Source: the human T2T-CHM13v2.0 reference genome, Homo sapiens. From it: DNA of 64,000 nucleotides. Each line of letters begins with the position of its first letter. Positions within the stretch are counted from its first letter, which is position 1. The notes under the pieces were generated by a model. The model made no database searches. It was not told the DNA's origin and saw nothing but the letters and a program-made list of their open reading frames with translations. The position numbers and the translations under genes are program-made. Where the stretch lies: NCBI RefSeq assembly GCF_009914755.1, contig NC_060926.1. The stretch is one strand, 5' to 3'. Below are positions 59,808 to 64,000 of this stretch, one piece after another.

Positions 59808-60962
59808 AGGTTTATTTTGCTTTCTTTCCTAAAAAAAAAAAATCCTGCAATAGACACTAACTATGGCTGGTTTAAGCAGAAGATAAGCTGATTGAAAGGA
59901 CATCAGTCCATCACAGAACTGTCAGGTGGCCCAAACCAGCAGTGTCAAGGTTACGCATTAAGAATCAAACCCCTACCCACGCCCCACTACGGGAAGCAGA
60001 TGCCCACCTCCTGCCCCACAGTGGGCACTACTGGAGCGTATGTAGCAGGACCATGACCTCAAGGGAACTGCTACCTCCACCGCCACAGTGAACAGTGAGA
60101 CTGTACCTCCACCGCCACAGTGAACGGTGACGCTGTACCTCCACCGCCGCAGTGAACGGTGACGCTGTACCTCCACCGCCGCAGTGAACGGTGACGCTGT
60201 ACCTCCACCGCCGCAGTGAACGGTGACGCTGTACCTCCACCGCCGCAGTGAACGGTGACGCTGTACCTCCACCGCCGCAGTGAACGGTGACGCTGTACCT
60301 CCACCGCCGCAGTGAACGGTGACGCTGTACCTCCACCGCCGCAGTGAACGGTGACGCTGTACCTCCACCCCCGCAGTGAACGGTGACGCTGTACCTCCAC
60401 CCCCGCAGTGAACGGTGACGCTGTACCTCCACCCCCGCAGTGAACGGTGACGCTGTACCTCCACCCCCGCAGTGAACGGTGACGCTGTACCTCCACCGCC
60501 GCAGTGAACGGTGACGCTGTACCTCCACCGCCGCAGTGAACGGTGACGCTGTACCTCCACCGCCGCAGTGAACGGTGACGCTGTACCTCCACCCCCGCAG
60601 TGAACGGTGACGCTGTACCTCCACCCCCGCAGTGAACGGTGACGCTGTACCTCCACCCCCGCAGTGAACGGTGACGCTGTACCTCCACCCCCGCAGTGAA
60701 CGGTGACGCTGTACCTCCACCCCCGCAGTGAACGGTGACGCTGTACCTCCACCCCCGCAGTGAACGGTGACGCTGTACTTCCACTGCTACAGTGAATAGG
60801 GACACTGTGCGCCATCTCAGGGCAGAGGAAAGGGGAGAACCAGTGACCTTCTTCCTCTCTGAGTGTCTGTCTCTCATTGCCACCCATGCAGAAGGGACTC
60901 CCTTAAACACAAGGAGAAGTTCCTGATGCTGGATGACAAGGCAATGACAGATACCCAGTAAA
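59808..60962 (-). mobile_element. Old MaLR/ERVL LTR (MLT1K/L-like) hosting the minisatellite
   Basis: tgcaatagacactaactatggctggtttaagcagaag...ttgaaaggacatcag on the left and gatgctgg...acagatacccagta on the right resemble old MLT1 LTR ends. Confidence 0.5.
60068..60804. repeat. 32-bp minisatellite (VNTR-like), 23 units, CpG-island-like
   Basis: Consensus ctgtacctccacc(g/c)ccgcagtgaacggtgacg; first unit at 60068, then every 32 bp from 60101 to 60773. Confidence 0.98.
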
Positions 60963-61649
60963 ACCAAGTCCATGCGGCCTCAATGGGAAGAGCTCATTCT
61001 GAAAATGTAGTTCCAATTTCTAATTCAGTCCTCTTTCCACTATACTACTTTGCATAATAAGCAACAGGTGTTGGAATATGACCCTCTTCTCATGACTGTT
61101 GTTGTTATCATAAAACAAAACCTTCTACCATTACTTAGTCTTTTATCATTTACAAAGAAATCCCTTTTTAGTGACCTTTATAACCACCCTGAGAGGGAAG
61201 CAGGCAAGTAAATAACTCTATTTTCTTTTCTTCTTTATTTTTTCTGATAACAAAATGTCTAAAGAAGCACCTGGTACTTATGTAATCAAAGCACTTCCAA
61301 TACTGAAACAAAACTTTCTAAAATGGGTCTGATTATTCTACTGGTTTGGGAACTTTACTTAGCTTGATATCACTAATCCCTGGGATAGCCAGGGAAATTT
61401 GCTTTGTTCTGCTCTTTGTTTCATGATGTATCTCTACTACATGGAACAATGTCCGTCACAGAGTAAGCACTCAGAAATGTTTTTTAAATAAGGATACGGA
61501 TAAATGAACTGATGGGCGCTGGATCTGACTGCTAGGAATGTGTGGATTTAGAATTCCCATGTGCAGATTTTTAGTCCAAACCAGATGCTTTTCATCATGA
61601 CCAGTTTAAGAAGCAGGCAAAATAAAGACTAGACTAATACTTTATACTA

Positions 61650-62110
61650 CTGTCTCTTCAAACTCGGCTACACCACATGTTCATTCTCTTCAGTCTCTAA
61701 TCATCAACATCCTTGTCCCGAATATTTATTCTCTTTTCACTATTAACCATCTTCTCTCCATCCTTTTCAATTCAAACTTCAGACACACATGATAAATCTA
61801 CACCCCAGCTTCTCCACAAATGAAAGCAATGTGGCTTCTCCTTCCAGCACATGTCCTGAGCTCTTCTTGCCATGACCACCGATGTCTTCTTTACACCTTC
61901 ACCAATGAACTATTATCAGTCTTTACCTTATTGAGTTCTTTGCAGTATGTGCTAGCTTCGTAAAAACATTTTCTTCCTTCTTCCCAAAATGTTTCATTCC
62001 CTTCTCTGTTTTAACGATTCCCTCTCTGTTTGGGCCATCTTTTGGGTCCTTTGTCACTGCTCTTCTTTACTTATTGGCATTCCTCAGGGTCCAGTATTTT
62101 CTTCTGGACT
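61650..62110 (+). mobile_element. L2 fragment
   Basis: ttatcagtctttacctta...ttggcattcctcagggtccagta. Confidence 0.45.
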
Positions 62111-62149
62111 TCTCTCTTGATAGAAAAGATAGTATAGAGCTATGCATGT

Positions 62150-62350
62150 ACACTGTAGTCACTGAGTGCCAGGTGTTGCTCCGACTGCTGCACACATTCA
62201 GTACATTTGATCTGCATATTAATTTGAAGACATAAACATTACGAGCACAGATGAAGAAACTGAGCCATAGATAATGATCTTGCTCTTTGTTGCAGAGCTG
62301 GTAAGTGGGGATGCCAGAGAGGCTGGTTCTAGAGACAGTGTTTTAAGCCC
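62150..62350 (-). mobile_element. MIR
   Basis: cacagatgaagaaactgagccataga...gagctggtaagtggg. Confidence 0.65.
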
Positions 62351-63629
62351 TATTTTCGGATTAGCTGCCTCTCCCGGGGGAGTGGGGGCTTCAGAGCATT
62401 GATGCAGACTTGGTAGGGGGAGGCTCTGGAGCCACATCTGAGTGTCATGGCTGTCATGGCTAAGGAGCATAGCCAGCAGCAGGAGGAGGCGTGTTGTGTT
62501 CAGTGCGGAGCACAGAGAAGGCAACGGGGTATGAAGCAATGACAATAGGTGAGAGAAAACAAAAAGATACACTGAATGTGGATGTGAAAAATGGAGCTTA
62601 AAGTCAGCCTTCCAGATAATGCAACACTCTGGGACATGGGATGGGCTCAGGAGTGTGTCCTTTATGTGCCCTAAACACTTGATGCCTATTGCTAATATTG
62701 CACTTACTACCTGTGTCATGGTAAATTGTATCAATGTTTGTCTCTGCCATTTTACTACAATCTCTTTAAGGGTAAGTACTATACTGATCAAACCAGAAAC
62801 CTTAAGTTCTATCAGCATTGATGTTGGCATTGATGCTTCTGTTAAATCAGGCTCACATTGCTGAACTTATATAGGTACAACAGATGCTAGGAAAACAAAG
62901 GTATATGTTATATTTATTTAAAAAGTATCACTCAAATAATGCTAGCAAGGGACATAATGCAAATGAAAAATTATGATATAAACATCACAGAATTTAGAGC
63001 GGAAGTCACTTTGGGGAGTTTATGGTGTGAATAGAGGAGTATCCAATTGAACCCTTGCCCTCAAACAACTTTGTTCTTGGCCTCTTAGATTCTAGCTATC
63101 CAGGTCATTGAAAGCTCCTCCTAGTGCCTGGGAACTTCTTCCCACAGGGACAAGCCTTTTATACAGATGATTCCATCTCATAGAACATGGCCTTGCAGAA
63201 TGGAGTAACACAGTGTTACTGACATACAGCGTGCTCAGAGCACACAGCACCAATGCCCTCACTTTGCACGTGCAGGCGGACGCTCCAGGAAGTGAAGCCA
63301 TGAACGCAGGTTCACACAGAGAACAGCAGGGGTAGGACTGGACTTCATTTTAATTTGTTTTTCACGACATCTTTGACCATGGACAATGTGCTGGAAGGGG
63401 AAGTGGGAGGAAATTTTACTATCCTGGTGTTGACTCTTTTTGAAGAAACGACACTCAGGAAAAGTTTGAGGCCTGAAAGCCTGCAATGAAACATCAAATA
63501 TTACAGAATATGAATACAAGGATATGGATTGGGGATCCAGAGAGGTGGTTTACATAAAAATTGAGTGACCTTAGATAAGTCTTTCGATTTCCTCGAGCAT
63601 CAGTTTCTTTGTCTATTAAATAAAGTTAG

Positions 63630-63962
63630 AACCAGTCTATTCAGGTTGCTATAGCAAAGTAGTTAGGCTGGGTGGCTTACAAACAACAGATAGGTATTCC
63701 TCACAATTCTGGAAGTTCATGAACAAGGAAGTCTATTGAGGACTCTCTTCCTGGTTCATTGATGGCTGCCTTCTGCCTGTAATCTTGCATGGCTGAAGGG
63801 ACAAGAGAGCCGCCTGGGACCTCTTCTATTGGGTCACTAATCTCATTAATGAGGACTCCACCCTCATGACCTAATCACCTTCCCAAAGCCTAATACCATC
63901 ATCTTGGAAGTTAGGATTTCAACATAGGAGTTTTGGGGGACACAAACATTCAGACCCTACCA
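63630..63962 (-). mobile_element. MLT1A-type MaLR solo LTR
   Basis: agtctattcaggttgctatagcaaag...ggctgggtggcttacaaacaac...gggggacacaaacattcagaccctacca. Confidence 0.83.
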
Positions 63963-64000
63963 GTTAGACAATATATATTGTAGCATGGTGAAAGATAGAG

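Noticed and set aside
60068-60804. CRISPR-like array of 32-bp repeats
   Set aside because: Units are head-to-tail with no unique spacers, there are no cas genes, and the DNA is primate.
62219-62830. 203-aa minus-strand ORF
   Set aside because: Spans MIR and L2-like fragments and has no recognisable domain.

Overview
Primate (very probably human) non-coding genomic DNA. I find no credible protein-coding exon, RNA gene or processed pseudogene; the supplied ORFs come from Alu, L1, LTR, low-complexity or minisatellite sequence, or are short chance ORFs. The window is a dense transposon landscape: about 19 Alu elements (many with target-site duplications, TSDs), a two-LTR THE1D-type MaLR element, solo LTRs (MER11, an LTR15-like ERV1 LTR, THE1/MST/MLT1), old L1M/L1PA fragments, L2, MIR, and small DNA transposons (MER5, MER30, MER63, a collapsed MADE1). 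Repeat family names are from recall of consensus sequences, not a database search, and boundaries of the oldest repeats are approximate. Structure not explained by these repeats: a 23-unit, 32-bp CpG-rich minisatellite inside an old LTR (60068-60804); two ancient local duplications (4694-5250 vs 6674-6907, and about 23285-23945 vs 25767-26995); and three fold-back palindromes (10990-11015, 18034-18181, 25767-25846), two next to duplications. A few + strand exon-like splice-site pairs could belong to a lncRNA. I cannot support a claim of a new biological system; the minisatellite and the palindrome-plus-duplication structures are the best leads.
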